Below, piece by piece: positions 62,441-64,000 of a DNA stretch of 64,000 bases (position 1 is its first letter; every line of letters begins with the position of its first letter). Source of the stretch: Alphaproteobacteria bacterium (GTDB taxonomy: Bacteria; Pseudomonadota; Alphaproteobacteria; SHVV01); assembly GCA_965261735.1 (NCBI GenBank), contig OZ253470.1, forward strand, positions 192,001-256,000, read 5' to 3'. Under the pieces are notes generated by a model, which worked only from the letters and a program-made list of their open reading frames with translations, was not told where the DNA came from and ran no database searches. A program made the position numbers and the translations under genes.

Positions 62441-63696
62441 GCGTCTACGGACTGGCCGACTGCAATAACTTCTTCGTCTCCTGCGAGAGGGTCTTCCGGC
62501 CCGCGCTCGAAGGCCGTCCCGCCGTCGTCCTGTCGTCGAACGACGGCTGCATCGTCGCGCGCAGCGACGAGGCCAAGGCGCTCGGCGTCAAGATGGCGCA
62601 GCCGGCGTTCCAGGCGAAAGACCTCATCGAGAGGCACAGCATTGCCGTCATCAGCGGCAACCTCCAGTTCTATACCGACATGAGCAACCGGGTGATGCAG
62701 GTCTTCGGGGAACTGGTCCCGGCGGTGGAGAAATACTCGATCGACGAATGCTTTCTCGATCTCACGGGAATACCGGAAGACCTCACAGCATTCTGCCAGG
62801 GACTGAAACATACCGTGCGGCAATGGACCGGGCTGCCGATCAGCATTGGCATCGCCAAGACCAAGACCCTTGCCAAGATCGCCAATCGTCTCGCGAAGAC
62901 CTCCGCCAAAACGGACGGTGTTCTCGATCTCACCGGTGAACGCTGGCGCGACAGGGCGCTGGCGTCAACGGAAGTCGGCGATATCTGGGGCATCGGCAGG
63001 CAGTACGCCAAGAAACTCAACCGCAACGGCGTCATGACGGCTCTCGATCTCGCGCGGCGGCCCTATGGCTGGATCCGCAAGGAGATGGGCGTCGGTGGGC
63101 TGAAGACGGTGCGGGAATTGCGCGGCGAGGACTGTATAGGCTTCGATGACATGCCCCAGCCCAAGCAAACGACGATGGTCTCGCGATCCTTCGGCACGGA
63201 AGTGCGTGACTACGACGAGTTGGCCAATGCGATCGCCATGTTCGCGACCGATGCGGCACGATCGATCCGCAAGGCCAATCTCGTCTCAACCTCGGTGAGC
63301 GTGTTCATCGAGACCAACCGTTTCGGCAAGAGCCCGCACCACGCTCCCTCCTGCTCGGAAGCACTGTCGCCCGCGACCAATAACACGAAACATGTCGTGC
63401 GGGCCGCGCTGGCCGCTCTGAAGCACATCTACCGCGAGGGGCTGGCGTACAAGCGCGCCGGGGTGATGCTGCTCGACCTCGTCGAAGCCGGCCGGGCACC
63501 AATCTCGCTATTCGATACGCAGGATCCAAGGGACGACAAGCTGATCGAAGCGTTCGACGCCATCAACGACCGGCTGGGGCCGGGAGCGATCCAATTCGGC
63601 CCAGCGGCGCAGGCCGCGGCCTGGCGATCGAGCAGCGCGTTCCGCTCGCCCAACTACACAACCCGTTGGGAAGACATTCCGAAGGTTAAAACCTGA
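62437..63696 (+). CDS. umuC: Y-family DNA polymerase V catalytic subunit
   Basis: DCNNFFVSCE, LSSNDGC, YSIDECF, SRSFG, SPNYTTRW. Confidence 0.95.
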   Translation: MSVYGLADCNNFFVSCERVFRPALEGRPAVVLSSNDGCIVARSDEAKALGVKMAQPAFQAKDLIERHSIAVISGNLQFYTDMSNRVMQVFGELVPAVEKYSIDECFLDLTGIPEDLTAFCQGLKHTVRQWTGLPISIGIAKTKTLAKIANRLAKTSAKTDGVLDLTGERWRDRALASTEVGDIWGIGRQYAKKLNRNGVMTALDLARRPYGWIRKEMGVGGLKTVRELRGEDCIGFDDMPQPKQTTMVSRSFGTEVRDYDELANAIAMFATDAARSIRKANLVSTSVSVFIETNRFGKSPHHAPSCSEALSPATNNTKHVVRAALAALKHIYREGLAYKRAGVMLLDLVEAGRAPISLFDTQDPRDDKLIEAFDAINDRLGPGAIQFGPAAQAAAWRSSSAFRSPNYTTRWEDIPKVKT

Positions 63697-63872
63697 GCCT
63701 CGGCAGACCCGGGCGTCGATCCGGGCAGCGGTCCACAAGCAGAAAGTTACACTACGGGCGCGCCGCCACCGCGAGAACCTGGCGCGCCGGCGAGAGAATG
63801 AGGCCGGGGCCTTTGGGGCGGCGGGGACGAGAGCGAGAGAACGGCTCTCGCCGCCCCGCCGGGAGGTCTCGA

Positions 63873-64000
63873 TTGACCCATTCGAAGACGGCGGCGATCA
63901 GGACGGCGATCGCGGTAATCGCGGCGCTGTTTCTCGCCGGTTACATGACCGGCGATCATGGCGTGAAACGGATGGCCGGCGTGGGGGCTCGCCGGCATCG
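63873..64000 (+). CDS. possible exported protein; only its 5' part is in the window
   Basis: GGAGG RBS, TTG start, hydrophobic AIAVIAALFLAG. Confidence 0.3.
   Translation, partial: MTHSKTAAIRTAIAVIAALFLAGYMTGDHGVKRMAGVGARRH

Noticed and set aside
36960-64000. tRNA-Gln 3' duplication (attR) delimiting the island
   Set aside because: None found by eye in the window

Overview
High-GC alphaproteobacterial chromosome segment (Rhodospirillales-like by gene order; inference). 1-34 kb is conserved housekeeping DNA: surA-pdxA-rsmA, gmk, yicC, mltG, fabF-acpP-fabG-fabD, rpsF-rpsR-rplI, cfa, dnaB, alr, mlaEF, radA, cvpA, purF, der, bamB, guaA/guaB, rlmE, ppx. It is interrupted only by an IS630 that splits a PleC/DivJ-like PAS histidine kinase and an IS1595 just upstream of that kinase. 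34-37 kb holds decayed genes (luxI-like and phosphotransferase pseudogenes), an IS256 and tRNA-Gln(CTG). Downstream of the tRNA lies a ~24 kb island. Its first part is a compact module: phased AACAGGGA repeats, large serine recombinase-DUF2924-DUF3489, a perfect alphaproteobacterial LexA box, ParB-methyltransferase, two DUF5681 genes and a tRNA-fMet 3' fragment. Its second part is IS debris (IS3, IS30, IS66 x2, IS110/IS1111, IS21) surrounding four intact candidate defence genes: Mrr-like nuclease-helical repeat protein, sacsin-type GHKL ATPase-DUF3883, CBS-HEPN, and a RecD-like helicase-nuclease with a Cys/His-rich N-terminal domain. The window ends with a zeta-subunit-like gene, a miniaturised non-catalytic UmuD and umuC. 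All family calls come from motif recognition by eye; no database searches were run.
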